64,000 bases of DNA from Octopus bimaculoides. Taxonomy: Eukaryota. A program made the translations under genes and the position numbers. The stretch lies in the NCBI RefSeq assembly GCF_001194135.2, contig NC_068983.1, forward strand, positions 57,500,208 through 57,564,207. The letters are read 5' to 3'. The notes under the pieces were generated by a model that was not told the origin of the DNA, did not search any database, and worked only from the letters and a program-made list of their open reading frames with translations. Positions 12,677 through 25,464 of the stretch are shown here, in pieces; the stretch's first letter is position 1, and every line of letters starts with the position of its first letter.

Positions 12677-13130
12677 TTCAAGTTTTGACAAAAGGCCAGC
12701 ATTTTTGTGGGTAGGGAAAAGTTAATTACATCGGCCCCAGTGTCTATCTGGTACTTATTTTATCAACCCAGAAAGGATAAAAAGCTAAGATGACCTTGGC
12801 AGAGTTTGAACTCAGAACACAAGGACAGGCAAAATGCTGCTAAGCATTTTGCCTGGCATTCTGCCAGCTTGCTGTCCTTGACATTAATCATATTTAATTC
12901 TTTATTGTCCACAAGGGGCTAAATATAGAGGGGACAAACAAGGGCGAACAAAGGGACTAAGTTGATTACATCGACCCCAGTGCGTAACTGGTACTTATTT
13001 AATCGACCCTGAAAGGATGAAAGGCAAAGTCGACCTCGGCAGAATTTGAACTCAAAACGTCATGGCAGACGAAATACTGTTAAACATTTCATCCATCATG
13101 CTAATGGTTCTGCCAGCTTGCTGCCTTCAT
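12677..13130 (-). mobile_element. Two tandem family C tRNA-derived SINEs carrying different 3' tails
   Basis: Both carry cgaccccag...ctggtactta...gaaaggatgaaaggcaaagtcgacctcggcagaatttgaactc. Confidence 0.8.
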
Positions 13131-13221
13131 ATTAAAACCCCAAAGCACCTTTTAACTTTAGCATAAATAATATTCCAACTTCTCTCCCTTGATATAAATA
13201 ATACGAAACCATTTTCAGGTA

Positions 13222-13745
13222 GATGCCTATCCACCATTGAAAACATTTATTTCAAGGGAAACACATTCACTAATTTTTGGAAATAGAAATAATATATTTC
13301 TAAATCTCTAAGAGAGGGCTATCCTCGGGCTAAATAACAGTAGTATTCTTCCCTTTCATGGGACTGTCACATTAAGCCAACAACACACTTTCACTTTATT
13401 ATGCTGCTACTGCATGAATCTCTCTCAGAGATTTAGAAATATATTTCTATTTTCGAAAATCCGTGAATGTATTTCACTCAAAATATATATGTTTTCAAAG
13501 GCAGACAGGCATTGACAGCTAGCAAGCCATGCTACTCCAGACTGATGAGGAGCAAGAACTCTGAAACTAGTCTCTGGATGTTGGCTTTGCTGGGTGGAGG
13601 TGCTTATCTCCACTTTGAAAACATAAGAACACAGGAAATGTGTTAAGTCCAACAGGAAACAGTGTTTCCTAGGGCTAAATAACAGTAGCATTCTTCCCTT
13701 TTATGGGACTGTTACATTAAGTTGACAACATACTATCACTTTACC
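13222..13745 (+). mobile_element. Structured non-coding element (Penelope pLTR or retrozyme-like) with inverted and direct repeats around a hammerhead
   Basis: Inverted arms about 13222-13316 and 13420-13512, direct repeats 13327-13400 and 13672-13745, several hairpins, hammerhead core. Confidence 0.5.
13536..13578 (+). ncRNA. Minimal type-I hammerhead ribozyme, predicted cleavage after C13572 (GUC)
   Basis: TCCAGA-CTGATGA-GGAG caagaa CTCT-GAAA-CTAGTC-TCTGGA: 6-bp helix I, complete CUGANGA and GAAA core, 4-bp helix II, palindromic ACTAGT helix III. Confidence 0.8.
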
Positions 13746-14347
13746 ATTTTCAAGTAGTCAATGATAATGTGCAATTTGAGAGTGGAGAAATAGTCCTTAA
13801 TGCAAAAACAAGAGAGAGACCTGTGTCAAGGAGATCATTAAAAGTTCATGTTACTTCTTGAGACTTGGGAATTATAATGCATATTTGTCGATACAGACCG
13901 AATAAAACAGAGATGGAATTGGTATGTTATTTGTCTTTTCTTTTAATTGCGACATGCAGTATCTTGGTGCAGCCACTTGGTTTTATTATTAGAGACGAAG
14001 GTGAAGATAATTTCGATAGTATAAAGTGAGAATTGCTGATTACAAATAAAAATCTAGTTTCTCAGGTTTGTTATTGAATTTGTTGCACAACCATAATCAG
14101 GTAAAATGCAATAAACAAATTCTTCTGTTTCCCTTCCTAAAAGTCTCTAATATAATTTCTATTACAGCTGTGACTATCCTTCCAAATACTACGCTCAATA
14201 ATGGCAACTATAACAGCTCTAATTCCATTTGTAATAGCAACAACAGGAACATTATAAAAATTGTAAAAACACCAACGTCCACATATTCATCCACAATCCA
14301 GTTGAGTGCAAACCAACAAGGATGATTGTACATTGGCACATGACCTG

Positions 14348-14645
14348 CTAACAAAGGTTTCAAATTTAAGTACGAGGGGAGAAATTTTAGGGGATGGAAG
14401 TGTAAGTCAATTACATTGGCACCAGTATTTGACTGGTACTTTATTTGAATGGTTGCAGAAGGATGAAAGGCAAAGTCGACCTCAACAAAATTTGAAGCCA
14501 GAATGTAAAGAGGTACTTGTTTTATTGGCCTCAAAGTGTGAGGAGTAAATATAACTTGGTGGAATTTAAACTTAGAATGTAAAGAACAGGAAGAAATGCT
14601 GCTAAACAACTTCTCTGAAACCCTAACAATTCTACCAGCTTGTCA
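14348..14645 (-). mobile_element. Family C SINE, diverged
   Basis: gaaggatgaaaggcaaagtcgacctcaacaaaatttgaa motif. Confidence 0.7.
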
Positions 14646-14654
14646 CACCAACCC

Positions 14655-15685
14655 TCTCCGACCTGAAGCACTGAATCTAACTTTATCCTCCCCCTGGGCC
14701 CTGCTCGATCTGTAGAAAAAGTGTAGGTAGAAACTCCATAAGATGTACCCAGTGTAAGCTATGGACACATAAGTGGTGCAGCAAAGCAAGATTAACCGGG
14801 AAGATAGCTTTCATGTGCGGCTGATGCACAGGGGCAATAAACATCACAAATGCTCAGAAAACAGATTCCATCACATTGCAGGGGGAAAACTAGAAGTAGT
14901 TGATAGCTTCCGCTACCTAGGTTACCAAGTTAGTAGTAGGGGTGGATACTCAGAGTGTTACCACAAGAATAAGAGTTGCCTGGGCAAAGTTCAGAAAGCT
15001 TCTACCCCTATTGGTGACAAAGGTAAAAGGTAGATTGTATGATGCATGTGTATGAACTGGCATGCTTCACGGCAGTGAAACATGGGCTGTGACTGCTGAA
15101 GACATGCGTAGGCTCAATAAATGAAGCTAGCATTATCCACTGGATGTGTAACGTCAGTGTGCACACATGATAGAATGTAAGTGCCCTGAGAGAAATGTTG
15201 GACATAAGACCCAGCAGATAAAGTGAGTTCCCAGCTGTAACCTACACTAGAGTCGCATAACCAGCCCACTCAAAAGTACCTTGGATCGTAGGGAAACATG
15301 CCGTGCTTGAGGAGACTCATTGAGTCAAGTACATCAAAATGAAAATCAGATGGAAATTGTAGCTGTGATTCCCATTCCAGTGGCACGTAAAAAGCACCAT
15401 CCAAACAGCGCTGATGCCAGTGCCGCCTTGACTGGCTTCCATATCAGTGGCATGTAAAAAGCACCAACCGATTGTGGTCGTTACCAGCTGCCCCTGGCCC
15501 CTGTGCCAGTGGCACATAAAATGCACCCACTACACTCTCGCAGTGGTTGACATTAGGAAGGGCATCCAGCTATAGAAGCACTGCCAGATCAGACTGGAGC
15601 CTGGTGTAACCTCCTGGGTTCCCAGACCCCAGTCAAACCATCCAACCCATACCAGCATGGAAAACGGACGTTAAACGATAACAAA
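14655..15685 (+). mobile_element. 5'-truncated, internally deleted RTE LINE: degraded RT C-terminus plus 3' UTR
   Basis: Frameshifted PCSICRKSVGRNSIRCTQCKLWTHK...KLEVVDSFRYLG...RLYDAC, homologous to ORF 59261-60214. Tail ggaaaacggacgttaaacg. Confidence 0.9.
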
Positions 15686-15736
15686 GAAAAAATATATATA
15701 TACATATATGTATTTATATATATATATATATATATA

Positions 15737-15765
15737 CTAGCAGAGGCACCCGGCGTTGCTCGGGA
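15737..15765 (-). mobile_element. Helitron-type 3' terminus
   Basis: Minus strand reads cccgagcaacgccggg (GC hairpin), short spacer, then CTAG followed by T in a TA-rich site. Confidence 0.6.
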
Positions 15766-15949
15766 ATGAAATTGTTGCTTATATACTTGAAGAAAAAAAG
15801 GCAAAATATGCTGTATAGAAATTTGAGGACATTCTGTAGATGAACTCTCAGATGAATGATGGCTGGGCACCTCTCATGAATGGGGAAAATTGAAGATGTG
15901 CCAAAAAAGCCTCATTGGTACTTGGAAACTTTTACGAAAATTAAAATGG

Positions 15950-16162
15950 GAATCGTTACCAGTGCCCCTGGATTGGCTCTTGTGCGGGTGGCACATAAAA
16001 TACACCATTTCAAGCGTGGCCGTTGCCAGTACCGCCTGACTGGCCTTCGTGCGGGTGACACGTAAAAGCACCCACTACACTCTCTGAGTGGTTGGCGTTA
16101 GGAAGGGCATCCAGCTGTAGAAACTCTGCCAAATTAGATTGGTGTTGCCATCCGGTTTCACC
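15950..16162 (+). mobile_element. Family A RTE 3' UTR copy running into a gap
   Basis: ttggcgttaggaagggcatccagctgtagaaactctgcc. Confidence 0.8.
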
Positions 16163-16736
16163 NNNNNNNNNNNNNNNNNNNNNNNNNNNNNNNNNNNNNN
16201 NNNNNNNNNNNNNNNNNNNNNNNNNNNNNNNNNNNNNNNNNNNNNNNNNNNNNNNNNNNNNNNNNNNNNNNNNNNNNNNNNNNNNNNNNNNNNNNNNNNN
16301 NNNNNNNNNNNNNNNNNNNNNNNNNNNNNNNNNNNNNNNNNNNNNNNNNNNNNNNNNNNNNNNNNNNNNNNNNNNNNNNNNNNNNNNNNNNNNNNNNNNN
16401 NNNNNNNNNNNNNNNNNNNNNNNNNNNNNNNNNNNNNNNNNNNNNNNNNNNNNNNNNNNNNNNNNNNNNNNNNNNNNNNNNNNNNNNNNNNNNNNNNNNN
16501 NNNNNNNNNNNNNNNNNNNNNNNNNNNNNNNNNNNNNNNNNNNNNNNNNNNNNNNNNNNNNNNNNNNNNNNNNNNNNNNNNNNNNNNNNNNNNNNNNNNN
16601 NNNNNNNNNNNNNNNNNNNNNNNNNNNNNNNNNNNNNNNNNNNNNNNNNNNNNNNNNNNNNNNNNNNNNNNNNNNNNNNNNNNNNNNNNNNNNNNNNNNN
16701 NNNNNNNNNNNNNNNNNNNNNNNNNNNNNNNNNNNN

Positions 16737-16778
<42 letters not shown>

Positions 16779-17162
16779 CACACGAACACACACACGAACA
16801 CACAAAATAGAAAGTGAAGCTTTTTGTGGTTGTTACGTCAACACCGGAAGTTGACATTGAGGAACCTTTTTAAAGAAGTGAATCTTAAATATTAAGCAAT
16901 ATTATTTATTTTTAATTAAAAAAATCAAATGAAGAGCCTAAGATTTATCCGAGGTCAAATTATTCATGCATNNNNNNNNNNNNNNNNNNNNNNNNNNNNN
17001 NNNNNNNNNNNNNNNNNNNNNNNNNNNNNNNNNNNNNNNNNNNNNNNNNNNNNNNNNNNNNNNNNNNNNNNNNNNNNNNNNNNNNNNNNNNNNNNNNNNN
17101 NNNNNNNNNNNNNNNNNNNNNTATATATATATATATACATACATGCGTGTGTGTGTGTGTGG

Positions 17163-17199
<37 letters not shown>

Positions 17200-17559
17200 A
17201 GCAATACCTTGCAGCCTTCAGGCTTGCTTTACTATTTTATTACTCAGAAATATTTCGTATGAACTTAAAATAGGAAAATAACGTTGCAACTCATAAAATA
17301 CTGTTAATAAATTTAATCTGGTCTATATTCTAAATGCATTGAATTGTTTATTGGATTCTGGATCCTCTCATCATGCAATTAGATATACCACACTCACACA
17401 CATACATATGTGCATGCATGTGTGCAGGTGTAAGCTGAGAAATGGTTGTAAGTGAAAATTTTTTGGTAAATACAGTTTTAAGTTTTCAGCACATGTATTG
17501 AATATAGGAAGTAGTCTAATATTGGGGCATACAAACCAATGTCAGAAAAATGGGCATTC

Positions 17560-18115
17560 ATCATCATCATCTTCATCATCATCATCATCACTGTCATTTA
17601 GCGTCAACTTTCCCTGCTGGTATGGGTTGGATAGTTTGACTGAGGACTAGCAAGCCATGAGGCTGCACCAGGCTCCAATCTGATCTGGCAAGGTTTTTAC
17701 AGCTGGACGCCCTTCCTAGCATCAACCACTCTGAGAGTGTAGTGGTTGCTTTTTACATGCCCCAAGCATGGGGGCCAGTCAGGCAGCATTGGCATTGACC
17801 ATGCTCAAATGGTGCTTTTTTAGTTCCACTGGTATGAGAGCCAGTCAGGTGACACTAGCATTGACCATGCTCAAATGGTGGTTTTATGTGTTCCACTGGC
17901 ACAGGAGCCAGTCAGGTGGCACTGGCATCGACCATGCTCGAATGCTGTTTTTTATGTGTCAGCAGCATAAGAGCTAGTCATGCAGCTCTGGCATCGGCCA
18001 CACTCAAATGGTACCTTTTATGTGCCACCAGTACAGAAGCCAGTCAAGCAGTACTGGCATCGACTGCACTCGAATGGTGCCTTTTATGTGCCACCAGCAC
18101 TGGCATTGGCCTGGC
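17560..18115 (-). mobile_element. Family A copy with internal ~66-bp minisatellite (about 5 units)
   Basis: Repeated gccagtcaggnggcactggcatngaccatgctcaaatggtgcttttatgtg units at 17765-18105. Confidence 0.85.
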
Positions 18116-18334
18116 ACTGATATCATCCCAGCTCTGCACATGGAAATCAAATTCACACCTCTTATTTTCTCAGGAACATGCATATACCTTTAAACTTGCA
18201 CAGTGATAACATAATGGAAATTGATGCTGAGAGATGATAGAGATGAAGAATGTACAGTAAGAATATACAGTAAATAGATGTATGACAGCTGTACAGTTAT
18301 ATATAACTGAAATGAACATGCTACATGTGTCCTG

Positions 18335-19040
18335 ATATTTTTCATTTTTCTCAATTTCTTTGAGAACCACTCTATTATCGAATGGTATGGCAAAGTTTCT
18401 GATATTACAAGGTTTTTCGTTTTTTAACTTCTATAATCATATCTGTTTCTCCTTGATTAAATAGTATGGCCAGTCTTTATAGAGAAATCCCATAAGATAA
18501 TGTAATAATCAATCATCATTATAGCTTCTAGCTCATGTTCATATCACTTTTCTGTCACTTCAAATCTACATAGTTGACTTACATCTCAATGCACTCTTTT
18601 ACTGACACAGTTATGCCTGTGCTTATACTCTTTTTGGGCTACCTTACTGCATTTACTTAAGAGATGGAATTTGCATTTACTTTCTGACTGAGTTTTATCA
18701 GTGTTTTATCTCCATCAAGCTTGTACTAATGGCTTGTTCCTGAGCAGCTATAATTAGCAATTCAGTTTCTAGTGTCAGGTTTACACCTGTCTGCCTTAAT
18801 CTGTGTTCTTTACTTCTATGATCTTCAGATTATTGCATGAATTGGCCATATCATTCCTTTGCTTTCCAATTGTTTTTCATGTGGATTTTACTTTTGTCCT
18901 TAAATTCTCTTAGTGTTTCACTGACTTTTCAGATTTTTCTGGCTGCAAACAGTATTCTTTCTTCACTATACACAACATAGTTTCTCAAACATGATATCAT
19001 AGAACTGCACCAATTTCTTTGTTTCAGAATCTTCTGCCTC
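18335..19040 (-). pseudogene. Degraded R4/Dong-like (RLE-clade) non-LTR retrotransposon, post-RT and RLE region
   Basis: Minus-strand peptides NLTLETELLIIAAQEQAIST, ILWDFSIKT and FAIPFDNRVVLKEIEKNEKYQD, with many stops and frameshifts. Confidence 0.7.
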
Positions 19041-21133
19041 CTACATTTATTTTTAGAGTGAGGTGTACTGTGACTGGATTGCTAGTGCCATTTGATTTGT
19101 TTGTGTGTGTGATCCCTTGTTAACATAAACCGGGTGTAAAAGAGCATCACCATTATACAAGTGTTGTCATTCATTTCAAATCTTCCACAAAACATGTCTG
19201 GCCCCAGGAAAATATTATCTTGCTTGAAAACAAGTAAGGGTTGGTGACTGGAGGGGCATCTGGCTGCAGAAATTTTGCTTCAGTCAATTCCATCTGGCCC
19301 ATGGAAGCATGGAAAAGTGGACATCAAGACAACAATGAGGATTGATGATGACGGAAGTAACAATAATGATATTTTGCTTGACTGACTTTTTTCTGGTGTG
19401 TGTGTGTGTGGGGGGGTATTTTGCTGTAGATTAAGTAAGCCTGAGTGTATGGTAGGTACAGGGTTAATTAGCTGTTATCATTTCTCTTGATGGTTTTATC
19501 GTAGGAGCCATATTGGAAATGGTTACAATAAAGTGTTTAAAATAGCCATTTGTATAACATACACCAGAAGGCACGATACTCTGGTTTTGTTTGAGAGAAA
19601 ATCTCTTTAATAACATATTGTGTTAAAAACACAGTATATATATCAAAGTGAGGTGAGTATCATCTCAGTAATGCTTCACAAGAATGCCAGATGTTTTGGC
19701 CTTTTTGGACCAGGTCAATTATTTGTACTCACTTATTACATGCTTTAACAAAATCTATTCCTTTCAATATATAAGAAACAGTGAATAGTACATTCACTGA
19801 TATTTCAAAAAGCTTCCTGGACTTTAAAAGACTCAGTGAGTGCAATGAAAACTGTATTAAATCAAAATGACCATTTGCGTACCATACTTGATTTATATAT
19901 GCCATTAAATGGCATGATTCTGTGGTTTTTGACTGAGAGAAAGTATTTTCATAGACACTTTGTGTTAAGAACAATATATATATCAGAGGAAGTAAACATC
20001 CTCTCAGCATTGGCTCACGAGAATGCCAGACACGTTTTCACTTTCTTGGGCCCTGTCAATGACATGTATCTGTTTTCACTTGTGTAGATGGAATTTGTGC
20101 TTTGATAAAAAAGAAAGGACACTGTGAATAAAACATTCACTGATATTGCAAAAAGCCTTCCAAGCTGAATAAAATTCAATATATGCAATTGAATCAGTGG
20201 TAAATTAAAATAAATAGCTGTGTATCATCCGTAACAAATTTACTCCAATGAATTGTATGATGCTTACTCTGACATGCATTGAGTTTTGAAAAAACCATGT
20301 GTATGAAGAGATTTTATTCTCAAACGGCATCACTCCTTTCAATGGTGCTTTATATATAAAGTTTGGTGGTGTGCAGCTGGTGATTCCAATTCAAATGATT
20401 CTATTGTATCTTGTGTATGCAATCAAAAGTGTTTCTTTCTTCACAAATTCCTTTTGTTTCCAAAAGTATTACATATTTGCTGGGTTTTTTTTTTTTCATT
20501 GCTTGAAAAAATTTGAATCCACTTAAACAAGACTTAAAGCCAGGACTGCAAAACAATCATATATTCCAATCATTGACAAATTCCAACTCCAAACCAAACC
20601 AAACCAAACCAAACAACATAAAAAAGAAGAAAAAAAACAATTTAAAATACCATTTTAGAATAAGTAAAATCTTGTTGTCTAACATAAAACTCGTACAATC
20701 GTTATCCAATTAGCTATTGTTCTTTTGCTACTGTCACAGAACTTTACCTAAATTATATTACCTATATCACTAATTGAAACAAATCAGATAGACAAGGAAA
20801 GAATCAATTAAAAAGTCGAGATAATATATAGATATAATAAAATAATGACATTAATAGCTGGACATTTTTCTCAATAGTATTTTACTCTGCTTGGACAAAA
20901 GGATTTGTTAGTTTTCTCGCTGTCTATTGAAATGTTTCAGTAACAACCAATCAGACATATGTTTATTGCTTAAAACTATAGGTTTTATCAGAGGCTATTA
21001 AACGACTAAAATAAGATGTGTAATGACTTTCACCTTTGTTCACTTGAGTAATTCACAGTAAAATGCTTAAATTATTAATGTACCTTACAGTTTAGATTTC
21101 TAAAAATAGGTTTTGATCTAATAAAAGCAATAT

Positions 21134-21169
<36 letters not shown>

Positions 21170-23039
21170 NNNNNNNNNNNNNNNNNNNNNNNNNNNNNNN
21201 NNNNNNNNNNNNNNNNNNNNNNNNNNNNNNNNNNNNNNNNNNNNNNNNNNNNNNNNNNNNNNNNNNNNNNNNNNNNNNNNNNNNNNNNNNNNNNNNNNNN
21301 NNNNNNNNNNNNNNNNNNNNNNNNNNNNNNNNNNNNNNNNNNNNNNNNNNNNNNNNNNNNNNNNNNNNNNNNNNNNNNNNNNNNNNNNATATATATATAT
21401 ATATATATATATATGATATATATATATTTTATATATATGTATATATAGATAGATTATACATATGTACACATGTATATATATGTGTGTGTATATATGTATA
21501 AATGTGTGTATGTATATATATATATATGTACAAAGAGAAAAAGAGAGCGAGGTAAAGAGGAAAGTGAAAGTGAAAGTGAAAGTTAGGAGTGGTGCAAGAT
21601 TGCTAATATTTATGCTGATAAGTCTGATAAGCGTTATTGGTTAAACAAACATTTCAGGAATATCACTGAAGAAGCAGATTTAGCAACTGTCAGTCGGTAC
21701 TGGACATACTAATCCTATCCAACTCACAGAAGGTGAGCAACATTAAGCCAGGCTGTTAACAAAATGAATAATTATTTTTGTCAAGCTCATTGTTGGAACA
21801 AAGTAGATATCATTTGAGAAAGCCATGTCTGGACTAATCAATAAGGGAACAACGAGCTATCAATAAAACACTGCTTGTTTGTATGTGTCTATGACTATGT
21901 CTAAGAGATTTATCATTTTGCTCAATGCATTTGGTGCTGGCAGTTAATTTTCTACAACATTCTTCTCCTTCTTCTTCTCCTCTCTTCTTTCTTCTTTTTT
22001 CCCCTCTTCCTCCTTTTTCTTCTTCTTCTTCTTCTTCTTCTTCTTCCTCTCCTCCTACTCTTCCTCCTCCTCCTCCTCCTCCTCCTCCAACTCCTCCTGC
22101 TCTCACTGACACCACCACTACTACTACCAATAAGGCCACGGGTTATGGCCTCACTTGGCTTGCCAGATCTTCTCAAGCACAGCNNNNNNNNNNNNNNNNN
22201 NNNNNNNNNNNNNNNNNNNNNNNNNNNNNNNNNNNNNNNNNNNNNNNNNNNNNNNNNNNNNNNNNNNNNNNNNNNNNNNNNNNNNNNNNNNNNNNNNNNN
22301 NNNNNNNNNNNNNNNNNNNNNNNNNNNNNNNNNNNNNNNNNNNNNNNNNNNNNNNNNNNNNNNNNNNNNNNNNNNNNNNNNNNNNNNNNNNNNNNNNNNN
22401 NNNNNNNNNNNNNNNNNNNNNNNNNNNNNNNNNNNNNNNNNNNNNNNNNNNNNNNNNNNNNNNNNNNNNNNNNNNNNNNNNNNNNNNNNNNNNNNNNNNN
22501 NNNNNNNNNNNNNNNNNNNNNNNNNNNNNNNNNNNNNNNNNNNNNNNNNNNNNNNNNNNNNNNNNNNNNNNNNNNNNNNNNNNNNNNNNNNNNNNNNNNN
22601 NNNNNNNNNNNNNNNNNNNNNNNNNNNNNNNNNNNNNNNNNNNNNNNNNNNNNNNNNNNNNNNNNNNNNNNNNNNNNATTTATTCAACTCAAACATTCAA
22701 AGAAGATCCCCAGCATGGCTGCAGTCGAATGAATGATAAAACAAGTAAGAGATTAAAAGAACATAGGAATGAATTAATCACGGAATGAAAGAATCACAGA
22801 ATGAAAGAATAATGAAATATAAGTGAAGCATAACATCTATTTCTACTTAAGGAAATGGAAAAATAATAATGAGTTTTATTTGTATAAGTAAACAGTGATA
22901 TTCTGTCTCATGGGAGTAATAAGGTGATCTGAATGAAAACAAGAGACATCTTTATTCTTTCTGCCTGAATTCTCATAGTTATTCAAACAATTGCAATGAA
23001 AATAACAGAACAGAGTAAATAAATATAAAGATAATCGTG

Positions 23040-23535
23040 TCTACTAAAGGCACAAGGCCTGGAATTTGTGGGGACGGGAGACATTCGATTACACTGACCC
23101 CATGTAATTTATTGACCACGAAATGATAAAAGTCAAAATCGGCCTTAGCGGAATTTGAACTCGGAATGTAGCTGCAGATGAAATAGATTTCTAGTCTAGG
23201 CACAAGGCATGAAATTTTGGAGAAGTTGGGGCCAGTCGATTAGATCGACCCTAGTACGTAGCTGGTACTTAATTTATCGACCCCAAAATGATGAAAGGCA
23301 AAATTGGACTCAGCGGAATTTGAACTCAGAACATAAAGACAGACGATATAGTTTTCTAGTCTAAGCACAAGGCCTGAAATTTTGGGGAGGTTGGGGCCAG
23401 TCGATTATATCAACCCCAGTACGTAGCTGGTACTTAATTTATCGACCCCAAAAGAATAAAAGGCAAAGTCAACCTCAGTGGAATTTGAACTCGGAACGTA
23501 GCGGCAGAAGAAATACTGCTAATGATTCTGCCAGC
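23040..23535 (-). mobile_element. Three head-to-tail family C SINE copies (aggccttgtgcctagagtagaaa tail type)
   Basis: Roughly 160-bp unit repeated three times. Confidence 0.85.
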
Positions 23536-23913
23536 CTGCTGCCAATAAATACCAAGATAATATTCTCTCTAACCTTTTACCATTTAGCTATTTCAGTCAC
23601 TAAATTGTGGCCATACTGGGGCATTGCCTTGATCTAAGTACTTTATCTCCTTGTTGACCACATCAGTTACACTGCTAAGTTATGGGGATGTAAACACACC
23701 AACACCGGTTGTCAACCAGTAGTGGGGGACAAACACTTTGCATATGACACATGCATGCATGCACATAAATACGCACATTTTATTTTTGAACCTGTGGAAG
23801 ACACACAAGATGTCGAAATATCGTTCTTTTGATAACAGTCACTGTCTTCTTTATTGCTTCTTTACTTTCTGCTGGAGGTGTAACCTCAATCCTATAAATG
23901 TTATTATTATTAA

Positions 23914-23965
<52 letters not shown>

Positions 23966-24344
23966 GTTGTTGTTGTTGTTATTATTGTCATGATAGTTTT
24001 TGCTAGTTGGAATAATGAATGTCCAATATTTTTATTCAGTACAAAATAGCTAATTCAATTTCAGCAGAATAATTACCATTCTGCAGATTCCTAAATTAAA
24101 TTAATATTTTATTTTTCAATGGAATCGGTATGAGCTTCATGTCTGAAACTTGAATGAACTGACCATACATATATGATCAAATGGTTTTACAATAATTCGT
24201 GTTCTTCCGTATTGGTAATTAAGACTCATTTATAAATCCTCTCATTAACTGTAAATCCTATATATTAATTATGGTTTAAGCTTGCGGTCATTTGATTGTG
24301 TTTATCAGTTACGCCTGCTCCACAAGGTTTGATGGTTGCATTGT

Positions 24345-24847
24345 GGGTTTAGCTGTGTGGATAAAAAGTCTGCTTCCCAACCACATGGTGTTAGGTTCAA
24401 TTACACTCCATGGCATCTTGGGCAGCAAATGTCTTCTAGTATAGCCCAGGGAAAACCAGTGCTTTGAGATGTGGTATATGGAAACTAAAAGCAGACTATC
24501 TTATACATACATACATGCATATATACATACATACATACATACAGACAGACAGACAGACAGATATGCATACATGCATGCATGCATGCATGCATACATACAT
24601 ACACACATATATACACAAACACATACATGCATGCATGCGGACATACATGCATACAAACAGACAGACATGCATACATACATTCATATACACCATACATACA
24701 CATATATATATACATACATACATACATATATACATGCATACGTACAGACAGACATACATACATACATACACACATACATACATACACACATCCATCCATC
24801 CATACATACATACAGACAGACATGCATACATAGATACATACACACAN
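24345..24847 (+). mobile_element. Family B SINE head followed by an expanded (CATA/CAGA)n tract
   Basis: tagctgtgtggataaaaagtctgcttcccaaccacatgg...gtcttctagtatagcc. Confidence 0.7.
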
Positions 24848-25464
24848 NNNNNNNNNNNNNNNNNNNNNNNNNNNNNNNNNNNNNNNNNNNNNNNNNNNNN
24901 NNNNNNNNNNNNNNNNNNNNNNNNNNNNNNNNNNNNNNNNNNNNNNNNNNNNNNNNNNNNNNNNNNNNNNNNNNNNNNNNNNNNNNNNNNNNNNNNNNNN
25001 NNNNNNNNNNNNNNNNNNNNNNNNNNNNNNNNNNNNNNNNNNNNNNNNNNNNNNNNNNNNNNNNNNNNNNNNNNNNNNNNNNNNNNNNNNNNNNNNNNNN
25101 NNNNNNNNNNNNNNNNNNNNNNNNNNNNNNNNNNNNNNNNNNNNNNNNNNNNNNNNNNNNNNNNNNNNNNNNNNNNNNNNNNNNNNNNNNNNNNNNNNNN
25201 NNNNNNNNNNNNNNNNNNNNNNNNNNNNNNNNNNNNNNNNNNNNNNNNNNNNNNNNNNNNNNNNNNNNNNNNNNNNNNNNNNNNNNNNNNNNNNNNNNNN
25301 NNNNNNNNNNNNNNNNNNNNNNNNNNNNNNNNNNNNNNNNNNNNNNNNNNNNNNNNNNNNNNNNNNNNAATTAATTGGAAATTTTGATTGAATGTTTACT
25401 TTTGAAGTTTAAATACAGTTAGAGTCAAAACTTCAAGAATTCTGAAATGTAAAATATTCTTTTC

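Noticed and set aside
17765-18105. Regularly spaced repeats superficially like a CRISPR array
   Set aside because: Whole units are homologous with no unique spacers, the context is eukaryotic with no cas genes, and they are part of the RTE UTR
21834-22176. Poly-E/G/R/S ORFs
   Set aside because: Derived from (CTT)n and (CCT)n microsatellites
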